From Bilabrum cf. latius (lineage: Eukaryota), in assembly GCA_965178125.1 (NCBI GenBank), contig OZ237746.1, forward strand, positions 1,116,001 through 1,180,000: a DNA stretch of 64,000 bases, written 5' to 3'. Position numbers and translations under genes: made by a program. The notes beneath the pieces are model-generated. The model worked only from the letters and a program-made list of their open reading frames with translations. It did no database searches and was not told the DNA's origin. Positions 11,538 to 23,700 of this stretch are shown here, piece by piece (the first letter of the stretch is position 1; each line of letters starts with the position of its first letter).

Positions 11538-13132
11538 TCACGTCTCCTCCCTCCGTATTCGCTTGGTCCTCTCCGCCCTGAGCTCCACGGTGCCCTCCTT
11601 GCTGTTGCGGATGAGGTTGTCGAGCTTCCTCTTCCTGCTCTCCTCCATGACGGCGATCTTCCTGTGGGCCTTCTTGATGTTGCCGGGGGTGCGCCTCGAG
11701 TGCGTGACCCGCCTCACCTCGGGCAGGTGCCCGTACCTCTTCTTGAGCTTGTCCCTGTAGTCCCGCGCGTCCTTCTCCTTGCGGCTCAGGCGTCCCAGCT
11801 GCTCCGACGCGTTCGCTTTCCACACCCTCACGTTGGTGTCGTCCGACCCGGACAAAATGTACTTGCTGTCCCGCGAGTAGTGCACCGTGAACACCCGCTG
11901 CATGCGCTTGGCATGGTATGCCTCCCTGCTGCGGCCCTGTCTCGCCCCGAAGATCCGCACGGTGCGGTCGTACGAGGCCGTGGCGAACTCCTTGCCCGTG
12001 GGGCTGAAGGCCACGTCCATCACCGCCGAGACGTGGTCCTTGTGCACGCACAGGGCCCTCTTGAGGTGCCGCATGTCGAACGTGTAGCAGTGCGCGTCCT
12101 CGTTGCCCACGACAAAGTTCATGGGCTCTCTCGGGTTCCAGTCCAGAGCGTTCGACCTGGTCTCGAGCACCACCTTGCGCACCGGTGAGCCCGCCCGCAG
12201 GTCGTACAGACCCACGCTGCAGTCGGAGCTGACGCTGCCCAGGAGCGTGGGGTCCGCGGGGTTGAAGCGGACCTTGTACGTCGTGTCGCAGCCCCAGCTG
12301 AAGTTGGACACCGGGTCCGCCCGCGCGTGGTCCCAGAGGAGCACCTGCTGCCCCGCCGTGACGAACTGGTCCCGGTTGGGGCTGTGGTGCACCGAGGTGA
12401 GAGGGAACTTGGAGGACCACGTCGCGACGGGCTTGGCCCCGCGGCCCGCGGCTGCCAGAGACAGGGCCTCCTTGGCGGCGGCGGCGGCGGATGGGGTGCC
12501 CGCGCTCGCGCCCCCAGTGGCAGCGCCAGCGCTGCTGCTGCTGCTCGAGCTGGAGGACGACGAGGAGGGCAGGGACGGACCAGCCGATGCCCGCACGGCC
12601 TCTTCCACGCCAGCGCTTGTGGCCATGATATCGTACATATTCACAACTTTGTCGTCGCCGCATGACAGGAAAGCCAGCCCGTCCGGGGTGGCCGTGAGAC
12701 CACGGACGATCGACTCGTGGGCATAGGCGGACCACATGCACCGCTTGCTCGCCACGTCCCATACACGCACCTCACCGTCACCAGCACCGGATACAAATAC
12801 ATTCATATTCGTTTGGGACGTTGTGGACGAGTAGACACCGTCCGCGTGCCCGTCCAAAGCGAATAGGAACGGTTTTGCAAACATTCTCTCCATCTTGGCT
12901 GCATTGACCGCTCGCTTGTACTGCAATGCAAGAAGACCAATGCAAAAATACTATGTTTAATCAATTCAATCCGTCCACATGCCAGCGTGTATCGATATAG
13001 GGGACATCTCACCTCTTTGGCTTTTTCCAGCGGGTGCAACTTGGGGTCCAGGTTTCTAGCCTGCTTGTATACACCCCCTTTGGCATCTCTCGTCTCCCGT
13101 TTCGCAGATCGCTGCAAGATTTTAAACTTCAT
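11538..13132 (-). CDS. DCAF13: DCAF13/Sof1 WD40 U3 snoRNP / SSU processome protein; exons 13132-13013 and 12920-11538
   Basis: RNLDPKLHPLEKAKE|YKRAVNAAKMERMFAKPF, WD40 repeats, YHAKRMQRV and the Sof1 C-terminal domain; GT-AG intron 13012-12921; TGA stop. Confidence 0.95.
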
Positions 13133-13280
13133 TCCCTACGTTTGGGCAGCTGCAGACTAGTTGCACTTCTGGCAGCAAGTTCCTCCTTGTTGCGGAACAG
13201 AGAAACGCGCGGCGCCAATCGAAGATCGGATCGAATACCACAAACCACTACGCGGGCATTCAACGGCTTTAGGGGATACC
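13133..13280. promoter_or_regulatory. Putative bidirectional promoter between DCAF13 and RPS15A
   Basis: 148 bp between divergent start codons; inferred from geometry only. Confidence 0.55.
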
Positions 13281-13870
13281 ATGGTGCGCATGAGCGTGCT
13301 TGCTGACTGCCTGAAGACTATCTACAACGCTGAGAAGCGTGGCAAGCGCCAGGTTCTCATCCGCCCTTCCTCGAAGGTGAGACTAGGGCTTTCCTTGCCC
13401 TGCTATGCAACTGCTAGCCGTATGGGGCCTGCCCCTGGCTCATTGTTTGCGGCTGAGCGCTGCCAGTTGTTTCCATGCATGTAAATATTAAAAGTACTTG
13501 TTCGTGGTGCTGCACTCACACGACCAGCCATGAAAGTCCTCCGAGAACTTGCTCTGTCATCGATCGCCCGCAGGTGATCGTAAAGTTCCTGACCGTGATG
13601 CAGAAGCACGGCTACATTGGGGAATTCGAGATCGTGGATGACCACCGCAGCGGCAAGATCGTGGTGGAGCTGAACGGGCGCATCAACAAGTGCGGCGTGA
13701 TCTGCCCGCGCTTCGACGTGAAGGTTGGCGAGATCGAGAAGTGGACCAGCAACTTGCTGCCCTCCCGCCAGTTCGGCCACCTCGTGCTTACCACGAGCAT
13801 GGGCATCATGGACCACGAGGATGCGCGCGCCAAGCACACCGGTGGCAAGATCCTCGGCTTCTTCTACTGA
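13281..13870 (+). CDS. RPS15A: 40S ribosomal protein S15a (uS8); exons 13281-13376 and 13574-13870
   Basis: [51 protein letters not shown]...[12 protein letters not shown]; intron 13377-13573. Confidence 0.98.
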
Positions 13871-14152
13871 GTAGCTGAGCCAAGCGTAGTTAGGTTCGAA
13901 GTGGGTGGCGCTCATAGACTGAGTGCTGCTCAGTGAGGGTTGCGGTAGTTAGTTGGGGATGGTATAGGAGCATATTGGGCTCCGATGGGGACATTCGTTG
14001 GGCTCTCCCTAGGAGGTCGGCGGGGGTGCCCGCGACCATGGGGATTGAGAGGAGTAGGAAGCTGCTGGCGGTTCGTTTTCGGGCGCGCGCGTTTTGGCTC
14101 GTTCGGTTGCGAATAGAAAGCCGTTTCATGCAGCTACTGGCATTCATTCTGT

Positions 14153-16966
14153 TCACCATTTCGGCCTGGAAGCACCGTCGTCGCCGCCGCCTAGCTCCTC
14201 CGCCGAGTCTCTCTTCCTCGTTCTCGTCCTGCTTTTGCCCGCGCCTGTTTTCAAGTTGCTGCCCCGGGCCGAGCCTTGCTTGCCAACCATGCTCTTCGGC
14301 TTGATCACATCCGGGATGGCGGGCTCGTCTCTGCCCTCGCGCTGTGTAGCAGCAGCCTCCGCCCGTCTCTCCTCCGCCACGGCACTCGCTCTAGCGCTGG
14401 CCGCCACACCCTGCTGGTCCGGCACCACCCCCGCCGAGTCACCCGGCAGCCTGGGCCCGTCCAGCTGCAGCCCCTGGATCTCCTCGGCGCTGCGGCCCGC
14501 CGACTTGGTCCCGCCGTACCGCGCCCCTGCCACGGCCCGCTTGGCGGCCTCTGCCACCAGCCGCTGCTCCTCTGTGCTCTGCCCCATGCGGCCCCGCCAC
14601 ACGTGCGCGAACGCGGCCGCCACCGCAGCTGGACTCGGAGCCGGAACTCGGAGCCGGTCCACGAACCCTCCCGCCCACGCGGGGGGGTCGTCAGAGGCCG
14701 TTTCCACGAGCGCGGCCGCCGACTGCAGCGAGCCCCCCACGTAAATCTTGCTCGCGAACGCATCCTGCCCGAACCGCTGCTCCGCCTGCATGGCGGCCCG
14801 GATGCTGTCGGCGTCTGCCTGCGCCGACGCAGCGGCCGACGGTGCCTCTCCTTGTGCCTCTCCTTGTGCCTCTCCGTCCTCCACATCATCGTCCTGGCTC
14901 TGCCCCTCCGCCTCCTCTTCTGACCCACGATGCTTGACGCCCACTGCTTCCCCTCGTTGCCCCCGACCCTCCGTGTCCGGCTAGAACCAATCGGGGAACG
15001 GCTTGGTCTTGGCCGTCAGCCCGGAGTCGATCGACCTCCCGTACCGGTCCAGCTCGTTGAAGGGGTCGTCCTCAGGGTCCACGGGCCCGCCCTGCTTGGC
15101 CGTGGTGTCGTACGGCGTGGAACCACCGTCGATGTCATCGTCACCGATCGAAGACGCCACCACGTCATCGGCGCGGTGCATGCTGCCCACCGCGAACTGC
15201 GCCACGTAGGGGGCGTCTTCGGGCCTCTTCGCAGGGAACAAGTCCTCGGGCCGGGGGGAGTCGTCCTTGCTGCCAGCTCCACCACTGCGTCTTCCCTCCC
15301 CCACCCCATCGTTATTGTCATGTTCATCGTCCTGCTCTCGCCTGTGCCACGGGATGTTGAAGTGGTCAGGCTGCCCCAGGGGGCCCGGCCCCATGTCGAA
15401 ATCGTCCTCGGGGAGCGGCCTCTTGCCCTCGGGTTTGCCCCCGCCCTCACCCCCGCTCTTGGTGTCTGGTTGTCCGTCCCCACCACGCCCATGGCCGCCC
15501 TCGCCCTTGTCCCTGTTGGCCTGAAACCAAGCCGGCGCACCGCTGGGCCTCTCCCCCTCTCCTCCTGTTCCCCCCATCTTCTCTCTCGCGGCCTGCATCT
15601 CCTCCTTGAATACCCTCTCATCCGCTGGGATCTCCGGGATGGCCTGCGCTTTCTCCCTGCTCGCCTCCAGGTCGCTCTCGAAGGGGGTCTGGATGCCCCT
15701 CTCCTGGTACCTGCTCTCCTGCTGGTGCATCGCGCGCACTGCCTCCGCCGGGATGGACGTGGCGATACCCTGCTTCTGCGCGGAGCGAACCAGCCGAAGG
15801 TTCCTCTCCGAGTCCGCCGCCAGGAAGTGGTTCACGGACCCGGGGAGGGGCAGCACCTCTCGTCGGGCGGCAGCCGCGTACATGGTCAGCACGGACTGCA
15901 CGTCGAAGAAATCGTGCATGCGGCCGAACCAATCCCCCGCGGGGTGCACCACGAGGTTGGCGCCCAGTAGGCTGCCCCCAAGGTGCGTGCTGGGGAACAC
16001 GTGCACGGTGAGCGGGTCAGACGACGCTTGCTGCTCCTGCTGCTGCTGCTGCCCTTGCTGCTAGCCCGTCGTCCTCCTGCTCCCGCGCCTCCCCCTTCGA
16101 TTGTCCAGCTCGGACTGATCGGACTCCAGGTCCCTGGTGGCCTGGTCTAGCATCTCCAGGGTCGTGTCTCCGCACTCCCCGCAGCGGTGGTGCCGCGCCC
16201 TGTGCGCGCACACCAGCACGGAGATCCCCGGGATCTGACGGAGCACCACGGTGTTGCCCCCGCGAGGCTGCGCGGAGGGAGCATCGGACGCATCGCTCTC
16301 CCACGGCGCCTCTGCGTACTCCAGGCCCGCTGCCTTGAGGGCCTGGCGGATGGGCCGCTGCAGCGTGATGGCGGCCGACACGCGGGCCACGTCGCCCAGG
16401 GAAAGGCCGCTGAGCAGCACGCCGTCGGGGTAGACTATAACACCGTGCAGCTGGCCCGATGAGAAGTCTGATTGGACCAGAAACTTGCGCAGGCTGCCGC
16501 GCTGCTTTTCCGGCTGGGATGCGTCCAGGAGAGACACAGCCACTCGGAAGTCCTCGCGCTCCCGCCCGCCAATCAGTCGGAAGTACCGCTGGTACAGGCT
16601 GCCGGGATCATTCTGTGGATTTCTTGTCCATAGCTGGCGCGGTGTAGAGCTAAGAATCCCGAGGTGCCTGTGGTGGAAGGTCACGGTGGCTGAGACTGGC
16701 ACCACATCCCGGAGTGAGACCTCTCCCTGCACTTCGTTCTCATCCGGTGCCCCCTCGTTGCTCGTGGCCGATTCTGTAGATGTGGAGCATCCTGACAGTA
16801 GCTGTGCTGCGGCCCTCGGGTGCCGGCGGCAAGTTCTGGTGACGTGGCGACTGCGCACGAGACGTCCGAACCTGCCTTGCCCCGCGGCGGCCAAGTGCTG
16901 CATCCACCTGGTGCCCTGCATCCGACGCATGAGTCGAATGCGCTACACCCTGGCGAGTGCGGGCAT
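14153..16966 (-). CDS. Sucrase/ferredoxin-like (Aim32/Apd1-type thioredoxin-like Fe-S family) protein with Arg-rich N-terminal presequence and long C-terminal extension
   Basis: VLVCAHRARHHRCG and STHLGGSLLGANLVVHPAGDWFGR motifs. ORFs 16061, 14981 and 14153 are in one frame and are joined by TAGs. Upstream ATG at 16966; TGA stop. Confidence 0.75.
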
Positions 16967-17065
16967 TAAACTAGCTCCGAGTATTGAAGTGGGAGCTACG
17001 CGGTCCAGCTGTTTCCCGGCGGCGGTGATGAGTGGGATCGTCGGCAGTTGCACATGGCACTTCGA

Positions 17066-18029
17066 ATGGCAGCCCCGCGCGCTGACGATGTTTCCTCGTA
17101 GTATAGATAGGTTAGAGTGCTAATGTAGTAGCTAGGAGATGAGTACGAGTAGTTGGAAGATGGAGATAACTCGCCCGAGGCAAAAAATCAGGCGTGTCGA
17201 ACCTTGAACGCTGTGTAGCAGGCGCTTGCTCGCTTGCAGGCTTCCGTGGCGGAATCAGCAGACGCAAAATGGATTTAGTAAGCATGTTCACGCCATATTT
17301 GACTGGAAACCATCGCTTGCGGGCATACTGTTGAACAGCAGCTGCTGGCAGGCGCGCTCTACCCAACCGCAGGCAGTCGAAGGCCTTGTAGCATGAGCTT
17401 CAGGAGCATCGTGGCAATATGGAAAAATATATGAGTGCTAGTTATGTGCGTGGCCAGGTCGCTCGTGATAGGAAGCGGCTGTTTTAGGGCGCTTCGGTGA
17501 GGACCAACGAGCTGCCAGCATTGACCGCGCTGCCCGCGCCGCTGTCCTGGCCCCACACTAAGCTGCAGATTATGCTCTCTCCTTGCAATGTTCCCCGCAG
17601 TCTCACGCGGAGAATGGGATTGTAGATACGCTAGTGCGTGAGGGCGACTCCCATCGCCGCAGCCGCACGATGGTGAACCGGTTCATCGCGCAGATGACGG
17701 CGGCCGGCGAGTCCCTCACCAGGCAAGGGGACGCGTTGAGGGGGGCGCGTCGGGGCCTCCTTGACATGGCCAGGTCTCTCGGGGTGTCCCAAGGGGTGGT
17801 GCGCTGGGTGGACCAGCGCGCGACCGTGGACCGCATCCTCCTCGTGCTGGGCGGGCTGCTGCTGCTCGTGCTCATCCTCGCCCTGTGGTACTTCAGGAGA
17901 GGAGGGGCCGAGGTCGTCAGCCAGGGGATGCAAGCCGTGGGGGTGGTACCCGGAGACGGTGGGGTAGGACCTGGGGACCAGGGGGGCGAAGCGGGGGCCG
18001 GGGAGCAAGAGGATGCGGTGCTTTCGTAA
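17066..18029 (+). CDS. GOSR2: Membrin/Bos1/GOSR2-type Qb-SNARE; exons 17066-17277, 17373-17496, 17601-18029
   Basis: C-terminal SNARE motif (EGDSHRRS..QGDALRGARRGLLDMARSLGVSQGVVRWVDQR..D) plus TM. The helical N-terminal domain is readable only with TAG as sense (9 TAGs). Two GT-AG introns; TAA stop. Confidence 0.8.
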
Positions 18030-18249
18030 CAGGCTGCGTGTCGAGCCCCCCACATTGGGGCAACGCGATGATGATGATGATAATAATAATACAACCGGAC
18101 TGTCATTGGATGCCCACGCAGCACAGTGCGATGCACCCGGTGGGAACCCCTGCCAATGCCCTTCGAGAGGAGGCATGGGCAGCGGACGCGCCCGATGCAA
18201 CGTGCACTGCGCCGGCGTACAGGCCAATGGAGCGGGTTCCCGCCCCATC

Positions 18250-20388
18250 TCATCCGGTTCTTCGTCCCCTGGAGCTGCTGCGCGCTCGCCCTGTCCCGCC
18301 CCGCCCATGCTCTCCACCCTTGCCCTAGCCCCCCTGTGCCCCTCCTGAACGATCCGACGAGTGCTTGCGAGGGTGGGTGCCCACCTCCTCCTGGCCGTGG
18401 TACCTGTGCGCAGGGGGCAGAAGCGTCGCGTTCAGCAGCAGCGCCGCCCAGTCACCGAAGGCCCAGATGGCCCACCCGGTCGGGTCCCCCGCCGCCTGCA
18501 GCATCTTGGACCACTCGATCATCACCTTGGCGAAGGCTGCCAGCCGGCGCCCGATCGGGTCGCTCAGCACCATGTCGTTCATGCACAGCAGCGCCTCGTA
18601 TGGGCCCAGCGACACGATGGCGATGCGCGGCAGGGACAGGGAGGGCTGGCCCGTGAGAGCGGCTGGATAGGCGCCCCCGCGCCCGGGGACCGGTCTAGTG
18701 GCGGCGTGCCTCTGTCCTTGTTCCCTGGCGGCGTGCATGATCTGCTCCGCGATCACCACGCCCTGCATCTCGGCCGAGTGCGCCAGCATCAGGTCGGGAG
18801 AGCCTTCCTGCAAGGCACAGTCTCCCCCTGCATACACCACAGACACATCACTTTTCTCACCGCTATCATTCTTTGCATCAGCATCAGCCCCCACCCCGCT
18901 GCGACCGGCCGCACGCACCCCCACGACGCGCATGTCCCCGTCCACGGCCAGCCGCCCCCACCGGATCGACCCCGCGAAGGACTCCTGCGCGGCGCCACCG
19001 TCCAGGAACTCGAGGTTCCGCAGGCTGCCCACGCACTTGAAGCACATCGCGGCCCGCACGCTGCGGCCGGACGATGTGACGTACGTGCCCGCGGGCCCGC
19101 TCGCATACGCCAGAGCATCACTTGCATCCTGTGCATCACTGCCATTCTCATCGTCATCGTGCTCCTCTCCCTCTCTTGTTGCTTCCCCGGCCTCTTTCTC
19201 TTCCTCCCCTCGCCCCCATGCTTCCACCCCTGCGGCCCTCCTGGCCTCCACCATGCATGCCCTCCTCCTCTCGGCGGGAGCGCCCTCTCCCGGCCTGCCG
19301 CTGAATCCAGGGGGGCCCTCCACCACCCTCTCCCCCAGCACCACCTGCACCCCCTTGTTCCTCAGCCAGGCCAGCGCGGCCTGACCCATGGAGGGCTGCC
19401 CCAGCTGGCTCAGCAGGGCCGGGCCGCTGTGCACCAGCGTCACGCCCTCCCCCGACCCCCGCGCGTGCGCGATCTCCCCGGCCAGCTCGACGCCCACGGC
19501 CCCGCCGCCCACCACTAGGACCCCCTCCTCGCTCGTCACACCCCGTATGGCCCCCGCGGCCCCCCGCAGTGCCTCCCTCCTCTGCACCGCGCTGTGCTCC
19601 GTGTGGTTGGCCTTCATCGGGGCCTCGTAGTCGGAGCCCGCTGCCACCACCAGCGAATCGAAGGGAACCTTCACTACGGAGTGAGGAGCAGCAACGGAAG
19701 AAGCCCTGTGTCCGCCCCGAGTGTGAGCAGAAGAAGAAGAAGAACAAGAAGAAGAAGCTGGCGGCACAGGCGAGGTGAGGCCGCGGCCGCGCACCACCGT
19801 CACGTACCCGGCAGGCGTAGAGGCCTCGCCCCGCCCCGTGCCTCCCTGTGAATCTGCAGGTGTCAGCTGCACGTCAACTACGGTACCCACCTGCAGCCGT
19901 GCGTCACCGATGACTTGGCTCAGCGGTCGCTGCGGACGGAGTGCGGGGGGGAATTTACTGGCTGATCGGAGCTACACCAGCAAGGGGGAACTGATAGTCT
20001 TGCTTGATCAACAAGAGCGCCATGCATCGAGCCCGGCTCTTCTCACCTGTATACGATGCGCGTTATCCGGCTCCACGAGGGCCCGGAGAATCCCCGGCGT
20101 GTACTCAAAGTATGGCTTGCTGTCAATCATGGTTACTTCAATTTCCCCTCGCCGAATGGATGGACTCAATTCTCTGGACACTGTCAGCCCGCAAAAGGCC
20201 GAGCCGATCACCACGACTCGGTGAGGCGGCTTGCTTGGAATGTTGGCTGAAGTGGTAATCCATGCTGCCAGCTACAGAGGTGCTACTGCAAGACTCCACA
20301 GCAAGTGCGCGCTCGCGCACGTGCACGATACTACACTAGCAACAAAATCGAGGGCTATGAACAGAATTTCCCAGGAGCCTCCGAGCAT
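18250..20388 (-). CDS. AIFM2/FSP1-like FAD/NAD(P)H oxidoreductase (pyridine nucleotide-disulfide family); exons 20388-20047 and 19929-18250
   Basis: VVVIGSAFCG, IDSKPYFEYTPG, DSLVVAAGS, VLVVGGGAVGVELAGEI and VYAGGD; hydrophobic N-terminus; intron 20046-19930; two TAGs; TGA stop. Confidence 0.8.
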
Positions 20389-20757
20389 GCTGGAATCAGC
20401 AGTGACGTGGCTTGCTAAGTAGAGCTGCAAACGGATCCTTGCAGGTCGCTGCCGGACTAGAATTATCTCCTTTGACCAATGGATCCCTTTCAGCGAATTA
20501 TGGAGCAGTTCGCGCGAAAAAGTGCAAGCGCGCGCTCAAAATCTGCACGAATCGTAGATTCGAGAAGTTGCTCATTGCCTTATTAAGCAGTGCTATTCAT
20601 GACGAAACCGAATCTGATTTTGAACCTGAGAGGTGAAAGTGGCCGACTGACAGGGCAATTCGGCCGCGTAATCCAGGAGTTTTCATTATATTTGCACAGA
20701 ATATTATCTTGAGCACCATTCTTGCAGTGTTGATCCTATTTGTACCTGGCGATAAAG

Positions 20758-23700
20758 ATGGAATTCGCCCAAGTTGGCTTCGATGGATCTGAATCAGCCA
20801 ATAGTGCTACCAGTACGCAGCGGTCAGAGCGAGCCTTCTCTTCTTTGTTTTTGATGCCAAGCAGTGTGGCTGCGCTGTGGCAGCAGAAGTGAGACCGACC
20901 GTAGAAGCAGGGGGATCGCGACAACGCTTCCGAATGCCAGCGCATGAGCGTTGATTGGATCCTCCTTCCCACAATACACCGTTTTTTGGTTGCCGCAGGC
21001 GGTCCGGTGAGTCTGACACGGTAACTACACTAGCCTCTGCGATGACTGCGGCGCAAGCTGGCCGTAGACGCTCGAAGTAGCGCAAGACGGCACTGCCAAT
21101 CGGCGATCGCAACACAACCGGCGCCTACCAGCTCCGAGATGAGAATGCAGTCAGTTTGCTCGTATTCAAGGTGAGTTCAGCTCAGTTTCTGTCCACTAGC
21201 GGCTACTCGTCTGCTTGATCCGTCCCCAGCCCCGTCCGACGCAAGGCCTGCAAGCGCGTAGCTGGCTGCGGTGCTGCGAGTCGTGCACGGCCACTGGCCC
21301 CGAATAGTCGAGCTCCGCACCCCGATGCTGCGACTCATCCTCATTTCCATTCCATGCTCACTTGTATGCCGTTTGTCGCTTGCGATTTGCCGCTCGCAGC
21401 CCGAGGACGAGGAGACGGGCGCTGCTCTCAACCCCAGGGGCCACGCCCAGGCCCAGGTGCGCGCGGGCGTGAGACCCGGAGGGTGCGCCTCCCGCGAGGC
21501 CGCTGCCTTTTTGCTGGACCACGGGGGCTTTGCGTCTGTGCCTCCCACCGCGCTCGCCTACGCGCGGGACGGGGCCTTCAACTACGACCCGCTGGCTGTG
21601 GCCCGGGCCCGGGCCAAGGCGGCTGCAGCGATGGCCCGGAAGCGGAGGGCCAGGTAGGAGGCGCTGGCGAGGCGAAGGGAGGCGCAGAGGAAGAGGAGAG
21701 AGGGGAAGAAGAAGAAGGAGGAGGAGAAGAAACAGAAGCAGAATCAGTCTAATCGCAACACGACAGGGACAGGGGGCGCGCTGGGGGCGGACTGCGACAG
21801 CCGTGGCATGGGCCTCGGCCTGGGCGGGGGTCTCCTGAGGATCGGAGCACCCTCCGGCTTGGGGCAGAGGCAAGGGCAGGGGCATGCACCCGTGCGTGGA
21901 TTGGCCTACCGCAGTGTGGTGGGCATGCGCGCCGGCGCGGGTACCACGGGGATGGGCTTACAGGCCGCTGCTGGTGCTGGTGCGAGGGGCAGTGTCGTCG
22001 TCGTGCCCCAGATTGAGGGCGGGCTGCTGGCCCCCTCAACGGCCGATGGCAGCAGCATGGAGGACCAGCGACAGGACCGTGCAATGCACCCGATGGGCCC
22101 CAGCTCTGACACGAACACGTGCGCCACGCGGACCTCCAGCGCGCTGGCAGCGTCCACGGGCCTGACGATGACAGTGTCGGTCGGGGCTCCGGGTGCTCTT
22201 GCCGGCACTCGGGCAGGCAGAGAGCTGTCTGCGATCGAGGATCGAGGGGGCAGTGCTGGAGGTGGGGCTGGAAGTGACGCTGGAGGTGAGGCTAGCAGCC
22301 GGCTGCGCGCCTCCGTTCTGGGGAACAACAGCAGTGAAGGGGGTAGCAGCTCGGTGATTAGGGAGGCCATGTCATCCGCGGCCATGTCCGCCACGTCCTC
22401 ATCACACATCCGTGTCCCGCCCGCAGGACCGGCAGCGAGCTCACGAGCGGGGCCCACCACCAGGCCCCCGGGCGGGATCGGGGCGGGAATGGGGACGGGG
22501 ACGGGGATGGGCCAAGGCGCGATGGACAGGGAGGCAGGTGCCGGTGTCCCCTCCGTGGCGAGCAGCAGCCACAGCCAGCCCGCTGGCCAGCTGTCTCCGC
22601 CCGTGTCGCCCAAGGCCTCGCCAGAGGTGCGGCCGGGGTACGACCCGGATGCATCGCACGGCAGTGCCATGGTGCCGCTGCACCTGAGCCGCGGCATGGA
22701 GGGACACCACGATGCAGGCCACGGGCACGGGCACGGTCAGGGGCAGGGGAAGGGAGAGGGGAGGGGCGCCAGGACAGGGCCCCGGCGACGGCCCCGGTGC
22801 GGGTCGGCCGATCACCGCGATCTGGAGTCGCCCCCACCCCCCGAGGCCGTGGCCAAGTTCCTGCCCCTCAAGCTGGGCAGCGTGCAGCTTTTCGTGCCCC
22901 ACGCCTGCTCAGCGGAGGACGTGGGCAGCGGCCTGTGGAAGGCGGACCAGGTGCACCGCATCGGCATCCTGGACGTGAGGCTGTGCAACCTGGACCGGAA
23001 CGAGGACAACATTTTGATCCGGCCGTACTTCCACGATGCGGAAGAAGAGGAGTAGGATGAGCGAGAGCCGGTGGGATAGCGAGGGCGAGTTGGATAGGTC
23101 AGGCAGGCTGGCACCTCGGGTTGGCAGAGGGAGGCAGAGTGGGAGAGGGAGACGGAGACGGGTGGACCATTCACGCCGACAGTGGGCTCGCCACGGGTGG
23201 AGGGGGTCGGGGAGCAGCAGGAGAAGGGGCGGCCCAGCAACATCGCAGTGGCTGGATGGGCCGGCACAGACAGAGACAGAGACAGCGTGTAGGCGAGGGG
23301 CTCTCCGCGGGCCAGCAGCTCCCACCGCGAGGCCAGCGGGCTGCACCTGTCGGGCCTGGGAATGGACCTGGAGGCCGGTGTGGACGGCATGCACGGAGGC
23401 GATGGGGCCACGTCCCGGGACACTGGCGAGTACCGCCGGGGCCAGGGCCCGGATGGCAAGGAGGGCGCCACTCGGTGTTCCTCCGCGTCCTCGCGGGGAA
23501 ACGGCTCCTACCTCCCGCCCGTGCCGCTGGACGTGGTGCTCGGGCGAGTGGCCTCCAATCTATCCGGGTCTGCCTCGAGCACAGCGGACGATGGGACCCC
23601 CACGCCGTCAAGGTTCGAGGGCCGGGCGGATGCGGCCCCGCTGTGGACTACAGGGGGGGGCGACAGGCGGGCCGACCGGCCGGCGGGGGTGGACCTGCCG

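Noticed and set aside
13870-13915. GGTTCGAA T-loop/B-box-like motif suggesting a tRNA, for example a suppressor tRNA
   Set aside because: The flanks do not form a T-stem or cloverleaf. It lies in the RPS15A 3' region. I found no tRNA in the window.
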